Source of the DNA: Schmidtea polychroa
Lineage: Eukaryota
Assembly: GCA_044892525.1 (NCBI GenBank)
Contig: CM097885.1
Coordinates: forward strand, 5,644,001-5,708,000
Direction of reading: 5' to 3'
DNA length: 64,000 nt
Shown piece by piece: positions 23,200 through 37,295 of the stretch; positions within the stretch are counted from its first letter, which is position 1, and every line of letters begins with the position of its first letter. The translations under genes and the position numbers were made by a program. The notes below the pieces were generated by a model, which ran no database searches, was not told where the DNA came from, and saw only the letters and a program-made list of their open reading frames with translations.

Positions 23200-26065
23200 T
23201 AAGATACCTATGGGGGGAGGGGTCATTTATGAAAATGTACAATTTATAGTTTTAAATATAATATAAGTTAAATATATATTAAGATAAGCTAATTTAGTAT
23301 ATTTAGGTGGTAGTTGATGACTATATGATTTTGAGGAGGGTCATTTATAAAAATTTACAATTTACATTTTTAAATATAATATAAGTTAAATATGTATTAA
23401 AATAAGCTAATTTAGTATATTTAGGTGGTAGTGGATGACTATATGGTTTATGGGGGTCTTTGATGAAAATTTTTCAACTATAATTTTAAAGGTAATCTAA
23501 GTTAAGTATATATATATTAAATAGTCTAAATTAGTGTATCAGGTAGTGGTTAATGGTTATATGAATTAAGGGGGGTCATTTATCGAAATTTTCTAAATTT
23601 ATATCGCAAAGGTAAGGTATTAATGTATTTAGACAACAATTAATGGTTAGGTGACCCGAGGAATTATTAAGGTGGATAACTGTACATATATAAGTTAATT
23701 TATTACTATATATATTGTCCTCGACAAATGTATAGTTTGATGGGGGTACTTATGAAAAAATGTAAATTATACTTTATAAGTTTTAAATATACGTACATAA
23801 GTTAGATTATGAATCTGGACATTTGTTTCGACCATTACGTAACTTGGGGGGTATTTATAAAATATTTACAACTTATTATAGATTATATTTTTATCGCTAA
23901 CGTAGTTTATATTTTATACTTTTATGACCAAATTAAGATTATAATTTATAGTCTTTCAGCTAATATAAGTTTATAATTTATATTTTTATGAAATTAAATT
24001 TATAGTTTATATTTTAAAGCTAATATAATTTTATAATTTATATTTTTATGAAGTTAAATTTATAGTTTATATTTCTAAAGCTAATATAATTTTATAATTT
24101 ATACTTTTAAGTTTATAATTTATATTTTATGAAGTTAAGTTAAATTTATAGTTTATATTTTAAAGGTAATATAATTTTATAATTTATATTTTTATGAAGT
24201 TCAATTTATAGTTTATATTTCCAAAGCTAATATAATTTTATAATTTATATTTTTATGAAGTTAAGATTATAATTTATACTTTTATAATTAACTTAGAGTT
24301 ATAATTTATAATTTTTATCGTCAATACAAATTTGTAATTTATAATTTCAAGAAATTAAATTTATAATTTATACCTTTATAACTAATCATAATTTATATTT
24401 TGAAGAAATTAAATCTATAAGTATAATTCACATTTTTATGAAATTGAGAGGATAATTTATACTGTTATGGGTTTACGATTTGAATTTTTATAGTTAGTTT
24501 AGAGTCTATTCAATTTAAAATCCAAGTCTTGCTGATGCGCATGTCGAACACCTTTATGAATACTATCACTACTAAATCAATCATTTTTAAAAAATCTTTA
24601 CTTTACACTATTACTAGAAAATTTATTTAAGACATTTATAAATCTAGATTCGACAAACGTATAGGTAGAGTTGGTTCTTGATGATATTTAACCGTCTACA
24701 TTAATTGTGAATTGTAGAGTTGTGATTAATTTAGGTCTGAGATCTACTCTGTTTATTAACCTTAGTGTATTGTATTGTGATGATTTTGGATGTAGATTTT
24801 AACTATGTAAATTATTCATGCATTGAAAGTCGGGAAGAGTGTTTGCTTTCGCGGCCCCACTGTGACCACTACGACAAACCTTACTGTTGTGTGGTAAGTC
24901 AACCCTTTACGGCTGACCTATAATAAATAGGTAGAGTCAGACGGAGGATTTCATCGACTTAACTCCATGGCAGAACCATGAAGTGGTGCGACCTCCGAAT
25001 GACCTGAACAAAAAAAACCAATAATATTGATAAGTGCGTGCCAGGCAATGGCCTGCAATCATTGTGGGCTGTTTACTCATTGATGATAAAGTGCATAGGT
25101 GCAGGTTTGGCTGGGATCTCGCTTCAAAATCAATGATAACCGACGATCTCACTCAAACCTACATTTCTATAGTTAAAAAGAAATAATGAAAACAAGCTTT
25201 CAATAATAATAATTTATAATTCACAATGAAATCGTCCTTACCTACAATCTCAGAAAAATCAAAACCAAAAATTTGGCATAAGAGTAAAAATATTCATTTG
25301 CATTTTTTTTCCTTGAAAAGTGACGAAATGTGTTAGTTTATATAGCCTCTGTTTGACGTGTAAGTATACATGCGTGCATTGATGCAGTAAAACAAATTCG
25401 GATTATTTTAATTCTCGAACATTCGATGTTTAATTTTTATCGATTTTGATGGCGATTTTTCAGTAAGAATTTTTGTTTTTATTTTTGGAATTTTGTGTTT
25501 GAATTATTTTTTATTAAATTTGCCTCCATGATGGATTTCAGCATTTCCAGAACATTCCATGCTAAATTTAATCTATTTCTTATTTTTAAATTGTTTTTTA
25601 TGATTTCTTTTCTAAAATATTTATTTTTTAAACTAAAATATTTATTTTTTATAAATTTTATTGGGTCGTTTGGCGGTCATGATGGATTTCGCCATTTTTA
25701 TGAATTGTTCTGGATTTTTATTCAAAATATCGATATAATTTTCTTTACGTAAGATTTTATGAAGATTTTCTTTAATTTTCTTTTTTAATTTTTTCTAATC
25801 GCCTTTATTCGAATTTGTTTTTTGTTGTTTTATGTCTTTCGGTTATATTTGAGTAAGTTTTCGTGTAATACTTCTTGCTCGTGTTTTATTTTATTTTTAA
25901 TTCAGATGTTTTATTTTTGGGTATATTATCTCTCTATTATCATTGTTTACTTGGTGTTATATATATTTTTATTTAAGTAAACTTAGTGCTGGGTATGCGT
26001 GTTGTGTACTGACACATTTCGTCCCATTCCTAACTTTGGGTCTAGAAATCAGTTCTAGCCCAACA
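23200..26065 (-). mobile_element. Truncated diverged copy of the long LTR family
   Basis: Homologous to 6050-7387 (e.g. CGGCCCCACTGTGACC, AGAACCATGAAGTGG, terminal CAGTTCTAGCCCAACA); internal ~120-bp and ~40-bp tandem repeats. Confidence 0.65.
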
Positions 26066-26360
26066 GCAGTAAATACTTGTGTGTTGAGTGTTTTTAAATA
26101 AGCTTTTGTGTATTGTATGTATTGATTGTTGTGTTAAATTAAATAATTAATAAAAATTTTTTTAAATTATTAAATTAAATTTTAAATGTTAAAGTTTTAA
26201 AAAATAATATTTTTTATAAAATAAAAATTTTTTTTATATATAATTAAATTTGTTTAAAATCCTTTATTTAATGAGTATTATATCCCACTTGATGATGACA
26301 GGAAAACTGTCAAAATTAATCGTGAAAAAAATGTTTGATTGGCGTTATCTTATAATTAAA
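26066..26360 (+). repeat. Inverted copy of the Penelope 3' end
   Basis: Near-exact reverse complement of ~21930-22222. Confidence 0.9.
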
Positions 26361-26927
26361 TCATTGCCATGTATGTTTAACTATTAATTAATTATAATTA
26401 AAAATATATCGGACTCACGTTTTTCGAAATAATTCCAAGATAAATATCATAAAATTCCTTTAAAAAAACCCTGAAAATTAATTAAAATTAATTTATAATG
26501 ATATTGTTGATTAAAAGTAATATTTAAGAACTTGAATAATGATCTCATATCCATATAGATCAAAATTCAAGTCTTAAAATTTACTTTAAATTTAATATCT
26601 TACCTGAAAACCATTTCTAAAATGGCTAAAATAAATTTCATGATGAGCAATTCATACGTAAAAAAATTACTGACAACTTTGCTTTATTTATCATCACCAT
26701 CAGTAGAAACTTCATCAGTAGTAAATTGGTGAGTGAGCAATCGCTCTACACGCAAAACACCACTATAGAGAATGTATCTCAGTGGTGTTTGGTGTAGAAT
26801 CATTTTAAAAGCATATTTTTCGAGAGCCGTTAGGTTTAAACTGTTTTCTAATATAGAGTGGCACTCTAATAAAAGTAAATCTTTATATTTTTTGTTGGGT
26901 TTTTATTTGTAAGTCGGTTCTATATCT

Positions 26928-29265
26928 CAGTGTTTCTCAAAGTGGGGTACGCTTACAAATGTTAAGGGTACTTCAATAAAATAATATTGTTCAGGTTCGT
27001 AAATTAAAATAAATTGAAATGAAATTTAGGTTGGTAATTTAAATAAAAGCGTGATCATGCACAGAATTGATATTAAAGGAAAGTGTGATGGAAGCAGTAT
27101 TAGAAAATGGCAAAAGCAGTTGCGAAAGGCAAGAATCCGGAAATCCGAGAAAAATCAATAAATTGTAAAATCATCGAAATCGAATGGGGAAAACGGAACA
27201 GGTATAGATTAGCTAATGGTCAACAAGATGATGATTAGGGATTTATCAGAAAATGGTTAGAAAGGGTCGAAAAGCATTCAAATGTGTAAAAACAGAAAAC
27301 GTTAATTAATTAATTAATTGGCTAATAGAAAACCTGAGCTAGTGGGAAACCAGAGCCAATGGAGAACCCGAGATATGAAGAAAACCCGAGCTGGGTAAAC
27401 AAGAAAAAAAGTAAACAGAAGAAAGATTTAGGCCCATTAACTTGACACAATGATTAATCGGAAAAGTGCAAGGAGAAGATAGTGCGTTTAGAAAGCCGGA
27501 CGGGCCATTAATCATCTTTGTTCGTAGGACCATTTGGGTGACAGCCGAAGTAGATACGTGGAAGCAAATGTAAAGTGAGAGATTGGCTCGGTAATAACCA
27601 TTTGTCATCCCGATTTCGAAGAGTATATAAGGAAGGGGAAAATCAGAACAAACCGACATTTTGCCTCAGCTAGGGTTAGAAGAAATTGAGCTTAGGAAAA
27701 GGTAGAAACGAATTTAGGAGATTAGGGAAAAAAAGAGATAGAATAAGAATAAAAAGGGTGAAAAAGGATCAAATCAAAGAGAAAAAGGAAAACGTTGGTC
27801 AAGAGAACCTAAGGAAATAAAAGGTGAATATTATCTTTTGTCAAAGCATCAGCACCGAGCGGTGAATCGGTCAAACTCGAACTGTTCCACTATATATTAT
27901 TGATTGTGTATTATTGAGAGAAAATATATTTTGATTTCAATATACGTTGGGTCGTTTATTGTTTTGATTTAAAGGACACGAGGAGTCAGAGGTGACCGAC
28001 TTAAATTAACTGAAAACCCAACAATATTAGAAAAAATATTTTTGCTAAGAAATTGTAAATTCATGCAAAAATGGAAAAATTAAATGAAATTACGAAGAAT
28101 GTGATTTAATATGTAACAGGTAGATTAAGAATATATATTTTAAATATAAAAAATATTTTGTAATGATACGTTGTCATTGAACGCTTCTGCACGTTGAGTT
28201 TGCGTTAACAACTTTTTTGCTGCGAAAAAATATCAATAGTGCTTTCAAAATCTTTTTGCAGAAAATAATACATTTGGTGTGATTATTTGCTAACTTAATT
28301 ACAATTTTGGGGAAATCACCAGACCTTTTATTTTGTTAGCATAAATATTAAGTTATGAAAACTTGGCAATAATATAATTTTAATAATTCCTGAAGTAAAA
28401 ATCCAAAAATATCGATTAGATTCAGAATTAAATGTGTTTTTTTGCAAAATAAAATAAATCAGTAAAATTGCCATCATGAAAAATTTGGAAATTTCAAGGA
28501 TGTGAAGCATTTAATAACAAAATTTATAAACTTTAATCTTAAATTCGATAATCGAAATTGAATAAAACCATTAAATCATAGACATATTAAATTTCAATAT
28601 TGAAGTAAATGTAAAATTTTGCAGTGAATTTAATTATAGAATTAGCAATATTTTATGAAATAAATAAAAGTAAGTATTTTGCGTTGATAAAACATAACAT
28701 TCGTGTAAATTTAGATTTTTCTGTAACCCAGACACCTGCATACAAAACACCCTGAAATAAAAGACAAAACGCTAGATTTTTTCCAGAGAAAATTAGAAAT
28801 TTTAAATAATTCCAGTATTTCAATGAAAAAGTTTACTATGTTGTCAGAAAAAGCTTTACAAACATCTTTCGAAATTGCACAATTGGTGGCTAAATCAAGG
28901 AAACCACATACAAATGCTGAAAATCTTATTCTTCCTGCTGCTGTAAATGGAAATGGAAGAAAATGTGTCAACTTTTTGGCAAAAAATTAAAAATGAATAC
29001 ATCGAATTGAGAAATGCAGCACTCATAGAACTTTTACCATTTCCAACAACATATTTGTGTGAGGCTAGTTTTTCCGTTTTAACGGAATTAAAAAATAAAA
29101 TTCGAAATAGGTTATGTCCTGAAAATGATTTAATTTTAGCTTGCAGCACCATTAAGCCAAGGATTGAGCTTCTAGTTGCAGCCAAACAGGCTCATTGTAG
29201 CCATTAATTTTTTTATTTTTTATATATAAAAAAACTACTTTACGTAAAGAGTTTGAGAAACACTG
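26928..29265 (+). mobile_element. Non-autonomous hAT (Buster/Charlie-type) DNA transposon
   Basis: TIR CAGTGTTTCTCAAA / TTTGAGAAACACTG; 8-bp TSD CTATATCT/CTCTATCT. Transposase remnants RHLHTKHP...KPHTNAENLILPAA fused to dimerisation domain PFPTTYLCEASFS...QAHCSH (28730-29207). Confidence 0.92.
26988..28023 (+). mobile_element. Solo LTR (~1.0 kb, Gypsy-type) nested in the hAT element
   Basis: TGTT...AACA termini with 4-bp TSD ATAT; internal TATATAA; related copies at 37053, 33310 and 46387. Confidence 0.8.
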
Positions 29266-31104
29266 CTCTATCTGACTCCTCATGTTCTTATTCAGCCAAA
29301 TAAACCCAACCCAACTCAATATAATTTTATTCAATCTTTATCAAAATTACACTTATCATTATTTGTACTCTTCTCTCCAGATAATTTCCCACTCGATTCC
29401 TGATCGCCGGATTTCTGCTTCTCTTCTTTCTTTTTCTCTTCGACCAACTGGCGGCTTGTTCACTTCTGAGCTCTCTTTTTATAATGTTTATGAGAGGCCA
29501 ATTATCTAGAAAATTGCGCTTAATTATTTCCCGGGAATCCTAAATCAATATTTTAAGGTTTTTTGTTTATTCTAATTTGTTTACCCTTGATTAGAGGTCC
29601 AAATATTCCCTCTTTTATTTCACTGCGCATCGGGTTCCCTTCGGCGCTCCGGCTTTCCACTACCAATTGATTCATTTTAATTAATTTGTTTTTTCGCATT
29701 AACTTTCCTTGTGAACACCTTATTAAATTTTCATAATAATTTCTGAACTCGTCTATCAATTTGGCGTTCAACCATATCCGATACCTCCTTTCATTATTGA
29801 TTTTTGATTTTAAGTAAAATTTAATTAATTTTGCACTTTTATTGATTTTACAATTATTTGTTATGCTTTCCTTTTATATCTGATTTTTTCTGTTTTTGCG
29901 CTAACCCTAACAAGTTTTACATTTCAAAATTTGAGGAATAGCAAGTGAAAATTGCAAGAAAACAAAAAGATTACATACATAAAATTTTTATTACATACAA
30001 AATTAAAATTTTTTGACGTTTGATTCTTCTGAATCTTTGATATCCAATGGTAACAGGAAATGTCCCTTTTTGATGCACTGGATTCAAAACGATTTGATTA
30101 GCACTGAGTTAAGTTCACTTTTGGACGAAGGACCTGGCGAAAATGCTACACCGGCGAATAGAGACACCAGGTTCTGCTCCTGGAAATACTAAAAACCTCT
30201 GCGAAAGCGTGGACATCCCCCAAATCAGGACGGGAATCGCCTTTCAAACATCCTTAATAACGTCGAAAATTTAATGTATTACCTGTATTAATGGATAAAT
30301 AAATTTTGTTAATGTCATTGTCTTTGAATGAGCATGATTGTCGGTGTTAATTAATAAATTATTTCGTTAACGTTTTGTTTTGAATAAGAATAAATGCCTG
30401 CATTAATTAGTAAATAACTTTGTTGATATTTGTCTGGAATGAGAATGATGAGCCGTCGAATGAGGGGCGGAATGAATGTAGGTCATTGATAGTGAAGCAC
30501 GGAAATACTAATCAACAATGGACTAATAATTTTACATTCTTAACCCGTGTTTCACGATTACGCTTCCAGTGTTCCGCGAAAGAAATGACATTTTATCTTT
30601 AAATTTGCATTTAAGATACAAATCATCAAAAACCTCAAATAATTTTTTTATAAGATGATTCAATAAGAAAGCCGTAAGACAGATATATAAACATACAAAT
30701 ATAAAAGTGTTTTTATTGCTTGTTATTGTTGCGCGTGGTATTTTCTTTGCTTATAAGAAGGCATTGTTTACGTTTACGACAGATTTATAGTAATTTGTGA
30801 TTGGTCACTCATTGTGGCAAGTATTTTTTGTCAGTGTTCCGCGTAAAAATTTATGATGTGAATGGTGTTCCGCGCGTTTATATTAATTGAGAACCACTGG
30901 ATTAAGTCGACACAATTAAATGTAGGAAGGACAATAATGGTCAATAAAAGTAATTCATTGTCACTAATTAGGATCGTTAAGTCGCGGCACACATTAATAG
31001 TTAGATGGGATAGCAGGGTTCGAGCGTCCGTAATTCTGAAATTATTTTAATATCACCATGAAAATAATTTAACTTCAACCATTTCTATTTTTTATCGTTG
31101 CAAT

Positions 31105-31511
31105 TAATGGAAAATCTAGGAGCTGACAGGAAACAGGCATAAAAACAGGCAGAAAATCTGCGACGTCGAGTGAACAAATTCAAGGAACGTTGCTGGGAAC
31201 TAAAAGGCACCTGGTTTAGTCCCACTGAAATGCAAAAGTGCCTAAACCTGATCCAACAAATGCAGCTTGAGAATGCTTAAGATCGAACGGAGATAAAGGC
31301 ACTCCGGTTGCAAGTCCAACAATTGGAAACCCAACTCAACCAACATAATGTTGATCAGGGAGTGGTCCAGCAGATCCGACCAGTGATAGTAGAAATGGCG
31401 GAGGTCGGTCAACAACGGCCTTCAACACCAAAGAGGAAACACCCCGGTGAAGTCAAACGGGCGCAGCTTAAGATAAACCGTAAAGTTTTGATGACAACTG
31501 ATCCTCAATAA
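31105..31511 (+). pseudogene. Degenerate paralog of the 1895-2191 coiled-coil ORF
   Basis: LMENLGADRKQA*KQAENLRRRV...WELKGTWFSPTEM...EIKALRLQV aligns with LLENLRKDRERAQQQAEDFRNRV...RELEGTWFSPAEM...EIRALKLQV. Confidence 0.75.
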
Positions 31512-32380
31512 ATTATGCATAATCTAGTTTCTGTCGTTTAGTAAATAAATTTCGTTAGATATTCAAAGGGTTCATTAGTTATTCATTAAGGAGGGAGATA
31601 ATAATAGGAGCCGAATCACACAGAAGAGTGGTTAACATTATAGGGACCAATCATTTGTCATACACAGACCTTCTATCGCAGTCCGCGGACCCGCTCGAGT
31701 ACCTGACAATTATAGTATACAGAGGTATGCTCACTTTTTGCTGGTACTCACCCACTTGATACAGTTGCAACGTTGATCACTCAACGGTTATCAAGCGGTA
31801 TAGCATCATTGTATTGTGGATTACGCTGGAAACAGCACGAACTGGTAAAATGTGATCTACCTGTAACCCACCACCTCTTACAGAAGATCCAGTGTGATGA
31901 AACTTATATATTATTTTCATAATTCTGTTGAGGTTAGGCTCGTTTAGGGAGCAATTTCATTAGCCATATAAAGGCTAGGATGATAATTATAATAATAGTA
32001 TTATTTAATAGTATTATTTAAAAATAAATTATAAATAAAAATAGTATATTTAAATTACTATATTTAGATAATATACTTATTATAGTAATTAATAAAATAA
32101 AATATATATAAATAGTAATATTTAACAAATTTGAATATTAATAATTTAGTATAAATTCGAAGTACATTAGGTACTTATTCAGACAAATATTCCAGCTAAA
32201 AACATCAATAAAGATTAAAAGCGTTAATTTGGAATAGCAACAGCCGTGCTTATAAAGCGTCAATGACAAAATTCGTAAGAATTAATTGAGAATTTTACCA
32301 GCTGCTACCAGAAGAAATTGGTTTAAAAGAAGTTGTAGTAATTCATAAATCATAGTTGAACAAGCTATATCAGTTTAGAG

Positions 32381-32856
32381 CAGGGGTGGGGAACCTGCGG
32401 CCTTTAGGCCGCATGTGGCCTCCCGGAGCTTCATGTGCGGCCTCCGGAGCCTTATCGAAATAAATCTTAATTTATATAAAAAACCTTGAATTTTGAGGAT
32501 TTACAAATAAAAATAATTGTAACTACTGAACTGTATATATATATCATATTGTACAAGCATCCCGCCGAGTACACAGAACGAAATATAAAAGTCAATCATT
32601 CACACCCATAAATACAAGACGTATGTAAAAGAATAAATAAGATTATTGAGCACTCATTTGTGAAATTATGACTTATTTGCATCAATTTTTCGATTCAGAA
32701 ATAATAAAAATTTTCCAGAATATTTCATACAGCTGCATGTAAAGAAAAGATTTTAAATGAAATTAATTAATGTTAAAATATTTTTTGACTGCGGCCTCAT
32801 TTGGAGGCGACAAATTTCAATGTGACCTATGGAAATAAAGAGGTTCCCTACCCCTG
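32381..32856. mobile_element. hAT MITE
   Basis: TIR CAGGGGTGGGGAACCT / AGGTTCCCTACCCCTG; 8-bp TSD GTTTAGAG/GTTAAGAG. Confidence 0.85.
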
Positions 32857-32864
32857 GTTAAGAG

Positions 32865-33180
32865 CAACGGTTCTTAAACGTGGGTCGCGACCCACTTTGG
32901 GTCGTGGAGCATATTTTCTTGGGTCGCGGAGCATTTTGACAACTTGAGGCAAATTTAATATTCTTTGAAAAATTTTTTACATTTCAAGCGAACTTTAGCT
33001 TAAAATTTGCTTTATAAGAAAATTCTTATGACTATTAACCAAAATAATATTATAATAATATTAAATTTTTAATTTAAAAAAAATTTTTTTGAGTACTTTA
33101 ATTATTTAAAAATTTTTTTGGGTCGTTTGGAGAAATATTTTAGGATTTTGGGTCGTGACCAAAGATTAGAATTACCCGAC
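32865..33180. mobile_element. Adjacent degenerate hAT-like MITE
   Basis: Starts CAACGGTTCTTAAACGTGGGTCGCGACCC with repeated TGGGTCG subterminal motifs at both ends; right TIR eroded. Confidence 0.5.
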
Positions 33181-33673
33181 TACGAGAAACAGCATTTCGG
33201 TCTGTCTTCGAATTTGGCGTCCCAAAATTAAAAAGTACAAATAAAAATGTTTTATCAAATTTTATTGGACAATGTAATTGCATAATTTTTATTTTTATTA
33301 ATTTGTTACTGTTCAGGTCGTATAAATTGGTAAGATATAAAGATTAAATGTACAAATGTGTAAAGCAATTGAAAATTAAAATTTTATAAATTTCAGAAAA
33401 ATAAATTAAGTGCAAAAATTAATTAAAAATGTGAAAATTGAAAATCAATTTTTCTCGGTGGAAGTAGCTACAAGCAGGTAACAAATGAAATAATAAACAC
33501 GAATATAATAATTCTAAATCAATGAGAGTTTCTAGATGGTGTTATTTGTAACTGTTAAGGAATCTTTTCCTTATTTAACTGGCAAGCTATCAAAACAGAC
33601 TGGTAGCCCTTCACCCCTTACATAGCGGGCAAAGCGGTAGCCCTGTATTTGGTCTCCTGTTGTGCAAAACGCC

Positions 33674-35394
33674 ATGAGTTACTTCGTAGAAAATGATCGG
33701 AATACTCTAAGTTTGCATTGAAGTAATAATAATAAAAACAATTAATAATTTAATATTGATTGAGATTTAATTTCAAAGGATGAATTATTTTTATTTTGAT
33801 GATTTGTCCAGGAAATATTCTAAATGAGGGAAATCATAGAGTCAGTAGTACCCAAGGCTTTCCTTGTAGACAAATCCATTGCAAACAATCCACTGATTTC
33901 CACCAATTACAGTGTTATCCGTCCCCGTTATTAAAATGCAACTCATTCATTCAAAGTTGTTCACCGTGTGCTAAGTTCATCCACCATGGAAATAGGTGCA
34001 ATTGGTGGAAGCATATTTGTGTCCAACCTCGGATCGAACCAATTAAAATCCCGGATATCATTTTTCCAACTGGTTTTGATCAAAGACCAAGCCTAAACCA
34101 ACGAATTCAATGTCCATCTCAATATAGTCAGGAGGCTTCTGGATTTACTCACAGATACCAACGGTTGTCTGAAAAGCAGCAAATCAGAAAACATAACCAA
34201 CCCTCATTTGAACCTAAAATCAAAAACCCTTTAGAACAAAGATATATCTTAACGAGTGAACAGAATTGCTTTCAAACAGCTGTAATACACTCATTTGAAT
34301 TAGGAGCCGTTGAAATCTGTGTAATTAATACTGAGAAATGCTATGTAGAAGCGGAACCCATTCAGGAAATATGTGTACAAAACGTTCCGTATGAGAAATT
34401 CGGAAAGAAACTATATCAAAAGAAAGGCGGGGAGGTGGGTTATATAAAAAAAGGAAGGAAAGAAACAGATATAAGACCTGCGCCAGAAACAAATATAAGA
34501 TCTAAGCCAGAAACAAATATAAGATCTAAGCCAGAAACAAATATAAGACCTAAGCCCGAAACAAATATGAGACCTAAAACAGAAACCTCATTAATTAAAG
34601 TAGAAAACAGAGAAATAGCTGAACCACCTAAAACCAAAAGAGATATCCCAAATCAACCGAACGAATCTAAAATAAAACAAAATGATTATCATGTTCCAGC
34701 AAGCAAACCTGTGGTTAAGGAAATGAAACCAACTCAAAAGGTATCAGAAAGTAACAGACCTAACATCACTAAACGACAATCTAAACAATCCAAAGAGCGA
34801 GTTGAACGTAAACGAGATCCGAAACCAAGATTGGAAAGGTCTGTCGTTCGGAAAACAAAAGATTACAGAAAAGATACTAAAACTGTCAAGAAAACACCAT
34901 CAATTAAAAAACAGCAATTTGGATTGACATCCTCTCTAAAGCCGAAAGGAATTATTAAATCATTAGAAGAGAACAAGAAACAAAATTGTAAAGTTTCCAC
35001 TGCATTTGGAAGCAGCTTTGATGTGGAGAATAGAAAACTTTTAAATGGTGATCAAAGAATAAAATTCAGATATAATACCTTTGAATCTCAATTGGGGGGT
35101 TCTCAATTGTGTAACAAACTCAAATCGTTTGCCTGTATAAATCCTAACATAACGTGCAGAAATATTTCCTATAGCAGCCAACCAAAGGTTTGCCCTCCAA
35201 CTGCAAATTACTTTAAACCTGGGAACAATTACATCAACAAAAATTTTTATCTATGTGCTCCAAGTTCGCATAACGTTCCTTACTTTCCAAACTATTTCCT
35301 GTGTAAGCCGATAAAACCCAACGGGCCACAATGTCAGAGCCCATTAAACAACAAATACTGCACGTCGGTTTTAAAAGGTCCGTTTCTTCGTTAA
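33674..35394 (+). CDS. Two-exon orphan protein (~539 aa): Cys-rich ends, Lys/Arg-rich disordered middle, 8-aa ETNIR(S/P)KP repeats
   Basis: 532-codon open frame. Exon 33674-33710 (GCCATG context) splices in frame through a phase-1 GT-AG intron at 33711-33811. Confidence 0.7.
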
Positions 35395-35914
35395 TAATAA
35401 AAATTATTCCATCAATTAAGTTTGTTTTTATTTTAATTTCCAAAAGTTCCTCTAAATATTTACTCCGGTATGAGCTTCATTTTGTCTACCTGACGATATA
35501 CGCTGCTTACGACTGATTGACTTCAGGACCATAAATTCTTTTCAAAAGTTTTTCTTTGGTGAATTTAGCTTCTAATTTTTCTCAAATTTGTTTCCTATTG
35601 ATTTAAAATCATTTGTTTGAATATTCATTTTTCAATTTTCACCTCTGATTTGAAAAATCACATGAAAAAGGCAGTGCCGAAAATTCGTGAATATCAAAAT
35701 AACATCAATATATTTATTGATTCATAGTCAAGCTGTTTAATAAATACAATATTCGTTTGACAAAATTTCATTTACATTTATTGTTGGGAAAAATTAAGTC
35801 TAAGTCTTTGTGTTTTGTTTGTTCGTATTGGTAGCACAACAGTGTAAGCAATGTAGATCAATTTAAGACCACTAGTTACCATAAAATCCATCCAGTAACC
35901 ATGGTAGCTGTAGT

Positions 35915-35967
<53 letters not shown>

Positions 35968-36829
35968 ATTATTATTATTATTATCATTTATTTAAAAACT
36001 ATATAGTTAATGGTTTACTTTAATAACCACGTGCTCTATACCGCGCCGTTAAAAAACGCGCACTCAAAACCGCGACCATCATAACCGCGATCTATTAATA
36101 AGAGCGTCGATCATAACCGCGCGTCATAGTAATGTATTAAATGAATTATTTTTATTCTTTCATTTTCATTTTCATTTTTTCTATTTTTTTACCTTTTCAA
36201 TTCCTAACTTTTTAGCTTTAACTTATCTTTCTTAACCTTTCCGACCAACTAATTATTTTTCTCCCCAAACTGCATAAAAACATCATCAAAAAGAATTACT
36301 ATAAAATGAAACAAAATAAAACCTAACATTATATAAGCAAAACTATTAATAATGATATATTAAAATAGTTAAATCACAATTATTTAGATTGTAAGTATTT
36401 TTGTTGTATGTATTTTGTTGTTATGTAATCTTTCTGCTCACAAGTCGCGATTGCCAAGGTCATGGTATTGTTTGCGCGCGGAGATAAATGTATACCATAG
36501 TTAATTCTCTATAGTAAATTATTATAGGGAATTACAAATGAAAACATCTATAACTATATAAAAATATTATTATAATGAAGATTATGGAAATTATGAAAAT
36601 TACACTCTACAATTCCCTTCATGGTTGCCCATTAAGATGTGGGTATGTTAATTGTCTTTTTTATTACTTAAATAAAAGTTGCAATAATTTATTGCAGCCC
36701 CAATACAATTTTTCAAAGGCGACGCTGCTGGTTCTACAATTTTCTGTCATAACACAATATTAAACAACATTTACATCACACAACATAGCCTAACGTACTG
36801 CAACAGTAGCTATCAAAAGTAGGTCAATT

Positions 36830-36985
36830 TAAAAGTCAAAATTTGATCTCCGACTAGTGCTGACGCTTCAATTTGAACTCTTCTTACCATTAATTTTGCA
36901 TCAACAAATTGACATTTAGATATCTTCAATCTGAGTTGAAAAATAACACCAGGGAGAAAATATTTTTGACTGATCCATGAATAAA
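36830..36985 (-). pseudogene. Fragment of a second Polinton major capsid gene
   Basis: KYFLPGVIFQLRLK..CQFVDAKLMVRRVQIEASALVGDQI aligns with KYLLPGVNVHIRLK...CQLVDAKLLVRRVRVDPSVLAGHQL at 13390-13560. Confidence 0.8.
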
Positions 36986-37052
36986 ATAAACTATTAAAAA
37001 CGCCTAATATGCAAAAGATTATATTACACAACAATAAGATATAACATAAGAA

Positions 37053-37295
37053 TGTTGGGTTTTAGGTAATTGAAGTCAATAACCTCTGACTCCTCGTGTC
37101 CTTTTAATCAAAACAATAAACTACCAAATGTATATTTAAATCACAAAAATATATTCTTTTCTCAACAATAAATAATCAATAATCAAAGTTTAGTTTGACC
37201 GATTCTCCGCTCGGTGTTGACGCTTAGACAAAAGATAATATTCACCTTTTATTTCCTTATGTTTAATTGACCAACGTTTACCTTTTCCTATTTGA
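37053..37295 (-). mobile_element. Truncated LTR fragment (same family as 26988-28023)
   Basis: Reverse-complement similarity to 27780-28023. Confidence 0.75.

Larger units (their letters stand above)
26893..29912 (-). mobile_element. Outer solo-LTR-like element interrupted by the hAT insertion
   Basis: TGTTGGGTTTT...AAGTCGG at 26893 continues after the hAT as CTGACTCCTC.TGT, as in the copy at 37053; ends CCCTAACA at 29912. No clear TSD. Confidence 0.5.

Noticed and set aside
30520..30899. hAT MITE with GTGTTCCGCG repeats ending TTGAGAACCACTG
   Set aside because: Probably real, but the left TIR and TSD could not be defined, so it is not listed as a feature.
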